Shown here one piece after another: positions 16,447 through 25,600 of a stretch of DNA of 29,348 bases. Below the pieces are notes generated by a model. The model was not told the origin of the DNA. It made no database searches and saw only the letters and a program-made list of their open reading frames with translations. The DNA is taken from positions 79,249 through 108,596 of the IMG/VR virus record IMGVR_UViG_3300005077_000007. One strand, given 5' to 3'. The DNA comes from a virus. The translations under genes were made by a program, and so were the position numbers. How positions within the stretch are numbered: position 1 is the first letter of the stretch; each line of letters starts with the position of its first letter.

Positions 16447-16746
16447 ATGACCACATCAGAATCACAGGAAAAGCCTCAGCTATATATTCCGTTCACATCT
16501 TACGCTTGCGCTAAGGATATTGAGCTAAACATTCTTGACAAAACATTAGAATACGCCATCGCTTATCCGTCCGATCAATGCATTCATCTTCAACACGGAA
16601 GGGGAAAATGGGGGTGGTTTTCTCTTAAGGATATTGCAATGGCAATTTTTGAGGATCAATCATACTTTACTGTCAGAGACACATCGGGCATAATCAGCAC
16701 CAGTGAGTGGACCATCCGATACTGGCGTTGGGTGATGAATAAGTAG
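16447..16746 (+). CDS. hypothetical protein, paralog B
   Basis: IELNILDKTLEYA..P.DQC...WFSLKDIAMAIF; TAAGGA RBS. Confidence 0.75.
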   Translation: MTTSESQEKPQLYIPFTSYACAKDIELNILDKTLEYAIAYPSDQCIHLQHGRGKWGWFSLKDIAMAIFEDQSYFTVRDTSGIISTSEWTIRYWRWVMNK

Positions 16747-16758
16747 ATGTTTTCCAAC

Positions 16759-16787
16759 AAAAAGGGGGGCTTATGCTCCCCTTTTTT
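16759..16787 (+). terminator. intrinsic terminator (potentially bidirectional)
   Basis: AAAAA-GGGGGGC-ttat-GCTCCCC-TTTTTT. Confidence 0.85.
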
Positions 16788-16791
16788 ATCC

Positions 16792-16820
16792 TTGCCACTC
16801 CAGTAAAGACGTGCTATCAT
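16792..16820 (+). promoter_or_regulatory. sigma70-type promoter for the helicase operon
   Basis: TTGCCA-17 nt-TATCAT with TG extended -10, immediately after the terminator. Confidence 0.75.
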
Positions 16821-16825
16821 AAGAT

Positions 16826-17359
16826 ATGATCTACTTACTTTTTACGAATTGGTGCGCTAGGTGCGGTAAGTCACTGACGCCAACGTCGAGATTTGCGATT
16901 TCATCGAGTCCAGTTATTTTCCTCTCCCATGCTGATTGTCTCGCTGGGCATCGCGCTATTGATGTCCCGATTGGGGAGAATCCGCAATTGTCTAGATTTC
17001 TTGATGAGACGCCAGTCCATATTCCACCGAGACTCGTTGGGTATCAAAAGGATTTTGATTCTTTTATTCGATGCTCGATATTATCGGATGATTCGTACCG
17101 CATTGGGTTTGGGGCAACTGGAGAAATAGAATTATGGCCCTTATCGGCTATTCAGAGGATTCCGCTCGGCGGAAGCTTCCTCTACAGCAATGGTCCATTT
17201 TATCGCATTATCCCATTTCAGGAAATTCGTGAAAGGCTCTTTGCGAAAGAAACATATTTCTTATCATTCAATGAATCGACTCCACCAAGTGTATTTACAA
17301 AAGCATATGGAGTGAATCTTCCAGATTCAATCCAAAGACTCACTAAGGAAACGGAATGA
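16826..17359 (+). CDS. hypothetical protein with N-terminal CxxC...HxxC
   Basis: 177 aa; CARCG...HADC; ATGA overlap with the helicase. Confidence 0.7.
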   Translation: MIYLLFTNWCARCGKSLTPTSRFAISSSPVIFLSHADCLAGHRAIDVPIGENPQLSRFLDETPVHIPPRLVGYQKDFDSFIRCSILSDDSYRIGFGATGEIELWPLSAIQRIPLGGSFLYSNGPFYRIIPFQEIRERLFAKETYFLSFNESTPPSVFTKAYGVNLPDSIQRLTKETE

Positions 17360-19074
17360 AGAGAAGTCGTCCATATCAAGACGAATTCGTCGCCAATATT
17401 ACCGATCATCACTGGAATCGAACCCCTCCCGCTCGGCTCTTAGCTGTTTCGCCGGTTGGGAGCGGGAAAACATTCATGATGGGTAATACACTCATGCGCT
17501 TACGGCACAAGAACGCATTGGTACTTGCCCATACGGATGAACTGATAGAACAATTAGTGACATCACTATCTGAGACGAACGCTGGAAGATCGATTGGTAT
17601 CGAAAAGGCCGATTTGTACGCGAATGCTGATGATGAAATTGTTGTCGCATCAGTGCAGACATTGGGTCCGAAATCGCAAAATGATCGCCTGTGTCGATTC
17701 CCCCAGGATCGATTTGGCATTGTTGTGATTGATGAGGCGCATCATGCGGTTGCGCCAACGTACATTAATATTCTTCGGCATTTTAAGCCTGATCTTTTGC
17801 TTGGCATTACCGCAACTCCGCGTCGGGCGGATAAGGTGCAGCTCTCGAATGTATTTGATGATATCGTTTTCGAGCGAACTCTTTTTGATTTGATCGAAGA
17901 GGGAGATAAGGACGCCGAGTTTGGTCCGTATCTTTCGCACGCACGCTCCGTTCGTGTTTCAACGGACGTTGATCTCGATTCCGTTACGGCTGTTGCTGGT
18001 GAATTCAATCTTCAAGAGCTTGCTAATGCCATTAACGTAGACGTTCGCAATTCGCTCATCGTTTCTTCTATCGAGAAATACGCAGATGATCGTAAGAGTA
18101 TCCTTGTATTCGTTACGAACATCGCTCATACGGAGCAATTCGCTCAACTACTGCAACAGCGTGGGCATAGCGCCGACTTCGTGCATGGCAAAATGCCAAA
18201 GGACGATCGACGTAAACGTCTCATTAAATTCAAAGATGGCTTAACGCGCATCATGGTCAATTGCCAATTACTTCGAGAAGGGTATGATAATCCCCGCATC
18301 GATACCGTTGTCATGGCGCGTCCGATCATTTCACCAACGCTCTACGAACAGGTTATTGGACGTGGATTGAGGACATTTCCCGGCAAGACGGACTGCCTCA
18401 TTATCGATCTCCATGATAATTGCTCAAAGTATACTCCAATGACTATCTCGAAAGCCTTTGGTATTCGAGAGCTTGATTATCTTGGTTCGGATATCATCGA
18501 AGCACAGAAGGCTATGAAGAAGGCGGATGAGCTTGGTATTCCGGAAAATGAAACCGATACCGTCGATTCCCTCTTAAGGAAAATTAGCACTCTCGAGAAA
18601 GTTGTTTCTGGAGTTATGCCAATTAATACGAAAGCTGAAATCGTTGATCTCATGTCGATTATCGAACCAGATCATCGACCAGTAAAGAAGGGATCGATTT
18701 TTGCTTTTACGAAAATCAATGATTCGCTTTTCGTTATGTCGTTTGTTGATAAACCGCCAATGATTGTTCGTGGCAATCCACTCGGTCAGTGGCGTATAAC
18801 CGGGAATAATCTTGATGTCGTTGCGCCGATAACCTCAAACGAACCGCCGTGGAAGGTTATTGATGAATGGGTAAAAAGCTATGCGCCGGATTCGTGGCGC
18901 ATTAATCGAAAAGCGGCGAAGTGGCGAGATAGGAAGCCAACGCCAAAGCAGATTGCTCTCCTAAAGAAAAAGTATAATATCATGAATGCTGAACACTTGA
19001 CGAGAGGAACCGTTTGTGGTTTAATGGAAAAGGTGAACTACTTAAAGTGGGTCAAGAGAGGAAAGGATGTCTAA
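17356..19074 (+). CDS. superfamily 2 DEAH-box helicase (Irc3/RadD-like)
   Basis: RPYQ, SPVGSGKT, LAHTDEL, DEAHH, GITATP, VNCQLLREGYD, EQVIGRGLR; C-terminal WRDRKPTPKQ. Confidence 0.93.
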   Translation: MKRSRPYQDEFVANITDHHWNRTPPARLLAVSPVGSGKTFMMGNTLMRLRHKNALVLAHTDELIEQLVTSLSETNAGRSIGIEKADLYANADDEIVVASVQTLGPKSQNDRLCRFPQDRFGIVVIDEAHHAVAPTYINILRHFKPDLLLGITATPRRADKVQLSNVFDDIVFERTLFDLIEEGDKDAEFGPYLSHARSVRVSTDVDLDSVTAVAGEFNLQELANAINVDVRNSLIVSSIEKYADDRKSILVFVTNIAHTEQFAQLLQQRGHSADFVHGKMPKDDRRKRLIKFKDGLTRIMVNCQLLREGYDNPRIDTVVMARPIISPTLYEQVIGRGLRTFPGKTDCLIIDLHDNCSKYTPMTISKAFGIRELDYLGSDIIEAQKAMKKADELGIPENETDTVDSLLRKISTLEKVVSGVMPINTKAEIVDLMSIIEPDHRPVKKGSIFAFTKINDSLFVMSFVDKPPMIVRGNPLGQWRITGNNLDVVAPITSNEPPWKVIDEWVKSYAPDSWRINRKAAKWRDRKPTPKQIALLKKKYNIMNAEHLTRGTVCGLMEKVNYLKWVKRGKDV

Positions 19075-19285
19075 AGAGATGGAAAGATTTTTACTACAGC
19101 AGGGATGGAAGATTGTGCGAGAAGAGGCCCCCCGGAGCAATCCCAAGGAAGTTTATGCGGTTTGGCAAAGCCCAAGCGGTCGTTCCGAAATACGGATCAA
19201 GCAACGAGCTTTCGCATCGGAAGTTGCAGTTGCTGAACCTCGCTTTATTTTAAAAAGGGAAGTAAGGAAGTTTCGCGTCAAGTGA
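19067..19285 (+). CDS. small protein, possibly HicA-like fold
   Basis: MSKEMERFLLQQGWKIVRE...VYAVWQSPSGRSEIRI; GAGG RBS. Confidence 0.6.
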   Translation: MSKEMERFLLQQGWKIVREEAPRSNPKEVYAVWQSPSGRSEIRIKQRAFASEVAVAEPRFILKREVRKFRVK

Positions 19286-19305
19286 TAAATTAAGGTCATA
19301 TCAGT

Positions 19306-19944
19306 ATGCCACGCTTAATGAAGATTGGGATTAACGATAGGGAGATTTCCCTTTTACATGACCGTATATTGCTTGTTGGATTGGGTCACAAAGCTCGGAA
19401 CGGAAAACATTACTTTGCTCGTCGCGTCCAGCGATACCTGACCGTTCCCTCTGGAATATACGCCTTTGCGGATTCGCTAAAAGCCATGTGTCGCCTAACG
19501 TATGGCATGAAAAAGAAGAATCCGGCAATACTCCTTAGCGTTGGGGATCGTTATCGTCGAATTGATCCATGCATATTCGTCGAAGCCCTATCGGATGCTC
19601 TTGAGGAATCAGCGGACGATATAGGTCCGCACGTTGCCCTTATCGCTGATGTCCGTTATCCAGAAGAAGCAGATTTTATCCAACGTCACGGACTATTGTT
19701 AAAAGTGACTCTCGCGGAACATGGAAAACCAATTATTACCAGCGATGGGCGCGCGGACCATACATCGGAAAATTCCCTAAATGATTATCGGGGTTGGGAC
19801 TATACGTTCTCTTTTGAAAAAGAGAATCCACTTATCATTGGTTTAGATGCTATCTGCATGGCGAAGAAATTTTCCGAAATGCTACGGAGCGTCATAAGGC
19901 CATGCACATTGTGGGAATGGGATCAGTTATATAAACGGGGGTAA
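19306..19944 (+). CDS. deoxynucleoside monophosphate kinase (T4 gp1-like P-loop kinase)
   Basis: GLGHKARNGK P-loop, AFADSLK, IADVRYPEEADFI, HTSENSL. Confidence 0.85.
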   Translation: MPRLMKIGINDREISLLHDRILLVGLGHKARNGKHYFARRVQRYLTVPSGIYAFADSLKAMCRLTYGMKKKNPAILLSVGDRYRRIDPCIFVEALSDALEESADDIGPHVALIADVRYPEEADFIQRHGLLLKVTLAEHGKPIITSDGRADHTSENSLNDYRGWDYTFSFEKENPLIIGLDAICMAKKFSEMLRSVIRPCTLWEWDQLYKRG

Positions 19945-19946
19945 AT

Positions 19947-20891
19947 ATGTCGGATATTGTAGTGCAGCAAGGCGAGTTTACTCGCGCAGAAGTCCTCGAT
20001 ACGATACGGAATTTCTCGAAATTCAACGTAAATCTTGCATTTATGTTTGGGAAAATCCACCGCAACGAATTATATAAACAGTGGGGGTTTTCCTCGTTCA
20101 ATACGTGGGTGCAGGAAGATGTTTGTTCAACAAAAAACGCCATTATCTCAAAATCATACGCCTATATGCTCAAGAGAATTGGGTATATATTTTTTGATTA
20201 CCAGAATGAAATCACGTTATCTATGGCAGGATCGGGGTGGGCAACAATCACGCGCCTCGACTCTCTCGCAAAGGCCGTCGAACGTGGACAAATTACAATC
20301 CCCGAAGCGATTCGCATTGTGGAAACAATGGATAATGCGAAAATGGAAGAAATTGCAGAATCTACCAAGGAAGTAGACTCTGAGGGGTTGACGTCAATCA
20401 AGACTATTATCAAAGTTGGCGATGAACCCATTTATCGTTATGCCCTGATGCTCTATGCCCTCCTCAATGGATTATCGTCCCTATCAGACGCGGCTATCGA
20501 AATGATTATTGGTGAAATTCCAGAACTAGAATCGCACGTAATGGATAAATCAATGGGGAAATTTCTTCCATTGCTTCGCAATAATACTTTCTATTGTAAG
20601 CTTTGCAACAAGATTCCGAATAGGCCAACTGTACATCATATGGTTCCACGATCGCTCGGAAAGGGGTACGGACCATTAGCCTTACTATGTTGGGAGCCAT
20701 GTCATGAGCAGATTGTACAACCAAACTGGAAAAAGTATCTCGAGGAATGGACAGGGGAAGGTTACGAAACCCATCAGCAGAGAATAGATGCTACTATCGG
20801 TAGTAACAACTCAACCCCACCATCTGAGGTTAGTGAATCAAATATTACCGAGGTAGTTCAATATGTCGGATGCAGTCAAGAACCAATCTGA
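19947..20891 (+). CDS. HNH-fold (Zn-finger) nuclease domain protein with long helical N-terminus
   Basis: C-terminal CKLC..TVHHMVPRSLGKG...LLCWEPCH; N-terminal LYKQWGFSSFNTWV motif. Confidence 0.72.
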   Translation: MSDIVVQQGEFTRAEVLDTIRNFSKFNVNLAFMFGKIHRNELYKQWGFSSFNTWVQEDVCSTKNAIISKSYAYMLKRIGYIFFDYQNEITLSMAGSGWATITRLDSLAKAVERGQITIPEAIRIVETMDNAKMEEIAESTKEVDSEGLTSIKTIIKVGDEPIYRYALMLYALLNGLSSLSDAAIEMIIGEIPELESHVMDKSMGKFLPLLRNNTFYCKLCNKIPNRPTVHHMVPRSLGKGYGPLALLCWEPCHEQIVQPNWKKYLEEWTGEGYETHQQRIDATIGSNNSTPPSEVSESNITEVVQYVGCSQEPI

Positions 20892-21333
20892 CGACGATCA
20901 AACAGCCGTAACTGTTCTCGAATCCGATCGTTTACAGAACATCAAGCGCGCTCTTCAAAATAGAGGTATTGCGCTTCTCACGAACGATACGCCAGAGGGT
21001 CGTGTTATTAACGACCTTCTGGCTCGCGTAGAAAGCATAGCGCACCCTACCGTCCCGCCAATCGTGCGGGCCATGATCGCGGAAAATATCGTTTCTGCAT
21101 TACTCATGAGCCGATCGGCCATGTCATTCTTTCTTAAGCACAGCTCTATCCCGGATGGACATTCCAATCAAGATAGATCCATCCGTCAAGCACTTCAATT
21201 AGCAATGCAGATATTTTCCAAATCAAACGATAGCCTCGTGAGAAATTTACGAATGCTTGGGCTAACCGCAGAAGAATCGGAAACAAAAATTTCAAGCTTG
21301 AATAAGCTGCTCGATGAAATAAGGAGTGAATAA
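20863..21333 (+). CDS. hypothetical helical protein (weak resemblance to small terminase C-terminus)
   Basis: 156 aa; GAGGT RBS; SLVRNLRMLGLT. Confidence 0.6.
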   Translation: MSDAVKNQSDDDQTAVTVLESDRLQNIKRALQNRGIALLTNDTPEGRVINDLLARVESIAHPTVPPIVRAMIAENIVSALLMSRSAMSFFLKHSSIPDGHSNQDRSIRQALQLAMQIFSKSNDSLVRNLRMLGLTAEESETKISSLNKLLDEIRSE

Positions 21334-21491
21334 TGGGGGTTTGGTTGCAGTGCAGGGTGTGCGGAGAGAACACGAATGTATGCGATAGCGTACCGTATAA
21401 TACCTCCGAGGATGAAACAATCTATGTTTGTCTAAACTGTTGGAGTTCTTTTGATCCACGGATTCTTGACGAGGAAGAGATATTATCATGA
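21333..21491 (+). CDS. 52-aa Zn-ribbon protein
   Basis: MGVWLQCRVCGEN...YVCLNCW; TAAGGAG RBS; TAATG and ATGA couplings on both sides. Confidence 0.7.
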   Translation: MGVWLQCRVCGENTNVCDSVPYNTSEDETIYVCLNCWSSFDPRILDEEEILS

Positions 21492-22042
21492 AACCAACAT
21501 TTATTTCAACTGGAGATATTCTATTTTTCCAATCGCGGACACTTCTAGGAAGATGTATTCGATTTTTTACTCAAGTGCCGTTTTTCGAGTCTCGCACCGT
21601 TATTAATCACGTTGCTATTGCCGTAGAGGGCGGATATGCACCAAACATAGAAATCGTCGAGGCATTACATACCGTCAAGCAACATAAGCTTTCTAAGGCT
21701 TATCCTGATTATGACGGTAAGATATTTGTCGCAACTATCAATCACTTACCAATAGATTACCCCCATATTGCCGCGAAGAGAGCGAAATCATACGTTGGAC
21801 GTAAGTATGGATACGCGAAGCTCGTCGCCCACTTCCTAGATTGGTGCCTGCTTGGGGCGAACGTGTTCCGTCGTTTATGCTTTATGGACATCTACCCGAT
21901 CTGTTCGTGGGTCGTGGCATATGCGTATGAACCCCTAATCGGTATACGGGCATTTGGAGTAGAAAATTCGGCCGCAAGCCCAGATGATATTTGGGATTGG
22001 TGTCAGAAAAACTGCGCGAGTGAATGCATCCGCGAATTGTGA
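21488..22042 (+). CDS. permuted papain-like NlpC/P60 enzyme (YiiX/YaeF type)
   Basis: GDILFF, NHVAI (His before Cys), YVGRKYG, ICSWVVAYAY, SPDDIW. Confidence 0.85.
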   Translation: MKPTFISTGDILFFQSRTLLGRCIRFFTQVPFFESRTVINHVAIAVEGGYAPNIEIVEALHTVKQHKLSKAYPDYDGKIFVATINHLPIDYPHIAAKRAKSYVGRKYGYAKLVAHFLDWCLLGANVFRRLCFMDIYPICSWVVAYAYEPLIGIRAFGVENSAASPDDIWDWCQKNCASECIREL

Positions 22043-22110
22043 TATGCCGTATTATACTGGCCTATGCATAGTCAACGAACACGATCAATGCTTTTGCGAG
22101 GATTGCGCCT

Positions 22111-22365
22111 GTGAATGCCATAAACAAAACAAAAAAAAGATTCCACGTTCACGTTTATCAGAGTCCGCGGTTCCTGCACGCCCTGGAAATCGAGGCAAAT
22201 ACAAAGGAGGAAGCAGTGGCGAAAGCGTTCGATCACGCAAAGGCGAATCCGCACGAACGAAAGCTTCCTGATATTGATGCCGTTGTATTTGTATTCACGA
22301 ATAACGCAAAACGTAATATCATACACAACGATTTAACAAAATATACCATTTTGGAAGAAATTTAA
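22111..22365 (+). CDS. hypothetical protein with 'IEAxxxEEAxxK' motif
   Basis: LEIEANTKEEAVAKA; last + gene before the strand switch. Confidence 0.6.
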   Translation: MNAINKTKKRFHVHVYQSPRFLHALEIEANTKEEAVAKAFDHAKANPHERKLPDIDAVVFVFTNNAKRNIIHNDLTKYTILEEI

Positions 22366-22658
22366 TTCATCGATGGTTCGGTATTGCACGCCTGAACGCA
22401 CGCGCTGGCGGCGCTTACCGCTGGCCCAACTGGCACAAACAACGATACAACGGCCTGTATAGCGGCCCTTACCACGCTGGAACCAAACTCCGATAGCGTA
22501 GAACCTTCGATTTTCACACACCGTACTTCATTCCAATCTTCTACGCACTCGATCAACGTCGCCTTTCCGAGGGACGTCACGGAAACCCTTTCCGTTCGCG
22601 CAATCGTACATCCTTGAGTAAATATCGTAAACAAAACTAGAGCAATCAACTTTTTCAT
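22362..22658 (-). CDS. putative lipoprotein
   Basis: MKKLIALVLFTIFTQG-C signal peptide/lipobox-like; AAGGAGG RBS. Confidence 0.65.
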   Translation of the reverse strand: MKKLIALVLFTIFTQGCTIARTERVSVTSLGKATLIECVEDWNEVRCVKIEGSTLSEFGSSVVRAAIQAVVSLFVPVGPAVSAASACVQACNTEPSMN

Positions 22659-22667
22659 AAAGCCTCC

Positions 22668-25600
22668 TTAGCTAATAGCGCATTGTTCGCCATTGCAGTA
22701 CGCATCGGTTACCTCATGCGCCGTGAGGGCGCTCGAATGCACTGAACTGACATTGCTCATTATTTGAGTATACTTTTCTTCGTCGATGGCGATATACGGG
22801 GCTTGCTCGTACTGGTGATCGGTAAGCGGCAGGAAGCTCACGCTCTTTATCCGATCTTCGAAGATTGATAAAACTCTTTCTATATCGTGGGCTTCTTGTT
22901 CCTTGAAGGTTATGGTCGCACTGACTTGATTATCCGCCCAATGCCATTGCAGAGCTTCGAGGAGAAGCAACTGATCCTGCATGGAGACATCATTCTTTCC
23001 GCATCGATAATCTGATTCTTTTACTGGAATGGAGACGACTACGGTATTATCGCCATACACGGATTTTTCGGTTGGGTACCCGGCCTTCATTAAAGCCTCC
23101 GCGATTGGTGATCCGTCCTGGAAGCGAATGTTTCGAATATAATATTCCGAATGCGGGAAATGTATCCCGGGCGTTGATCCAGATAACAAGCTCACTGAAT
23201 TATGCGAAATATACCCATTGCCAATGTATTGATGCACGCACTCTACTTCCACGTCCATCGTTACGCACTCGCCATTCTCAATGGCAACAATCGCGTCCAA
23301 CCATTCATTTCGAGAAACCGCCCGCTCCTTTAACGATCGAGCGATATATCTTGATTGTTCTTCGTTATACATTGCGTCACGCGATGAAATAACCCAACGG
23401 TCCCTACTCCCCCACTCGCCGGGGCCAGCGCATTTAATTTTGACATTATACCCGACGAGACGCATGAGAACCGCCATCTTTTGAGCAAAGCTCTTAGACA
23501 CGGTGCATACTGACCACGTAGAAGCATTATGAATACCGCCATCGGCCCGCCAGAATCCGGCAATAAACGCACGAATACTCTCAGCGGAAGCATGTCGAAT
23601 AATGGCAGGAACTTCGATATTTTCAGCAAAATCCTTCAGACATCCATTCATCCTCAACCATTCAATCAAATGAACAGAGTTGATTTGATAACTTACCCCG
23701 CTGGAACTTTTCTTATGCTCAATTGTGACGTTGAGACCAAATGTATCCTGACAAAATGACCTGAGCCACTGGTATACCGCCGGATGCTTTCCGTTTCCGG
23801 CGATACGAATTCCATTCGCATGAACACTTCCATTTCCATAAAATAGACCAAGAAACCACGCAATGTCGGGGTTCATATTTTCGGGAGAACGAAGGCCGTA
23901 TGTTCTTTTATTTTCTTCAACATCGAGCTTCAGGAGAGCAGGTTCATCTTCTTTTGTATATATATTCAGTTTCGCAATGAGCGAATCTCCAACCCGCAAC
24001 TGCGATGCCTCAAGAAAAAGCCGTGAATCACCACGCAAAACTTCCATCTTATGATTATTAGTCATTTCGAGCTCGAAACCATCTTGAGTAAGAATTCTCC
24101 TTGTTTTTGCCATTCCGTTATTGAAAAGTTTTGTAATTCGACGTTTTCCGAACTGCGTATCTGCGTATAATTCTTCATGGATGTTTTGCCAACCGGGAAT
24201 TTTCATATCAATGAGTTCTTTGAACTCATATATGCCATTTGACGTGGAAATGAGACTATTTTCGCTCCAACACCCGCTGGGCTTAACGGTTGACACCTTA
24301 ATGGAGTTTGGCACACAGAGCCACCGAGAGTATAACTTATCCAATTCGCGCAAATACCGATATCCCTTATCGAGCGCAACCATAGTTGCGCGGAATCCCC
24401 ATCGATTAATGGCCTGCACCACACCGGTTACTCCAACGCCAATGCGTCTATTTCTGCCAACGACCGCGTTAACGTATACATCGTGCGTAGGGATAAGTGT
24501 AACGGTCTTATTGTATAAGTATGCAAATTTCAATGCGTAGCTTAATTCATCAAGCGAGCTTAATCTATTTAACGGTATCTCGCTGAGATTACAGAGTTCG
24601 CCATCCGATAGCGCAATTTCACCGCAATTGGTTGTGCATACTCCCGTCATGTTCCCGCTGTCTGAATTCATCGTAACGATGACATAATTATGATACGTAT
24701 CCACCGTAATATTGTACACATCCTCGGCATCGTCTAGCTGCCTGACGGATTTAACGCGACAATTATGTAGTTCCGCGCGAGATTGCAAATCAGAAAAGCT
24801 TCTTAATGCATATGGATTATATACTGGCGTTTCGTTACACCGAAAACGATAAGGAACCCCGTCTTTCCGACATTGGAAAATCCATTCTTTTTGCATTGGG
24901 TCACGACCGAGTTGAAACTTCAAGTCGTTGTATATACGCAATTGGGATTCTAAGGTTTCCTTCTGCCTATTCTTTAGGCTTTCTAGTTGACGCCCTTTCC
25001 TGAGTGGCAATTGGGCAAGACGTTGGTAGTGCTTGGACCGCATGGCGGATTGACACTCGCTTGAGCAATAAGCAATCTCCCGTCGATGCCATCGAACCTC
25101 AAATGGCGTTCCGCACTCCTCGCACGCCCTTTTAACATAAAGCTTCCCACCGACCATTACTACAGGGAGATCGGTTGTGTCGATAATCTCTAGGTACTTC
25201 CTTTGCCATTTATCTCTTGCGACCTTCGACATTCGTTTTCGGGAATCATCGGTTATAACCTTTTTCTGTGCGTCACTCATTCTCTCTATATAGAAAGGAT
25301 CGGCGCATCGCTCGATAGCTTTCTGACGAATCTTTTCCTTCCGCTCCTCGGAACACGGAACCCCAAACGATGGATTTTTCGCACCGCTCACGTCTCTTTG
25401 GGAATTATGGTAACGAATGTGTTCAATAGCATCCATGATCTCGAGGTTCCCAACAGAGTTGTCCAATGTATTATGATTTTTATGGTGGACAACCAGGTTC
25501 CCGATACTTCTCCCTACCGTAACGGACCCATCGTAAGAGGATTCCCACCTCTCCTTATTATGAAACCTCGCTATCATGCGATGTTCCATCTCGAACCGTA

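Noticed and set aside
17409-18329. Several - strand ORFs antisense to the helicase (likewise + ORFs inside nrdJ and the dikinase)
   Set aside because: Fully nested opposite well-supported genes, with no RBS or motifs.
21488-22658. NlpC/P60 enzyme + lipoprotein + holin as a lysis cassette
   Set aside because: The genes are on different strands and not contiguous, and permuted YiiX-type enzymes are not established endolysins.
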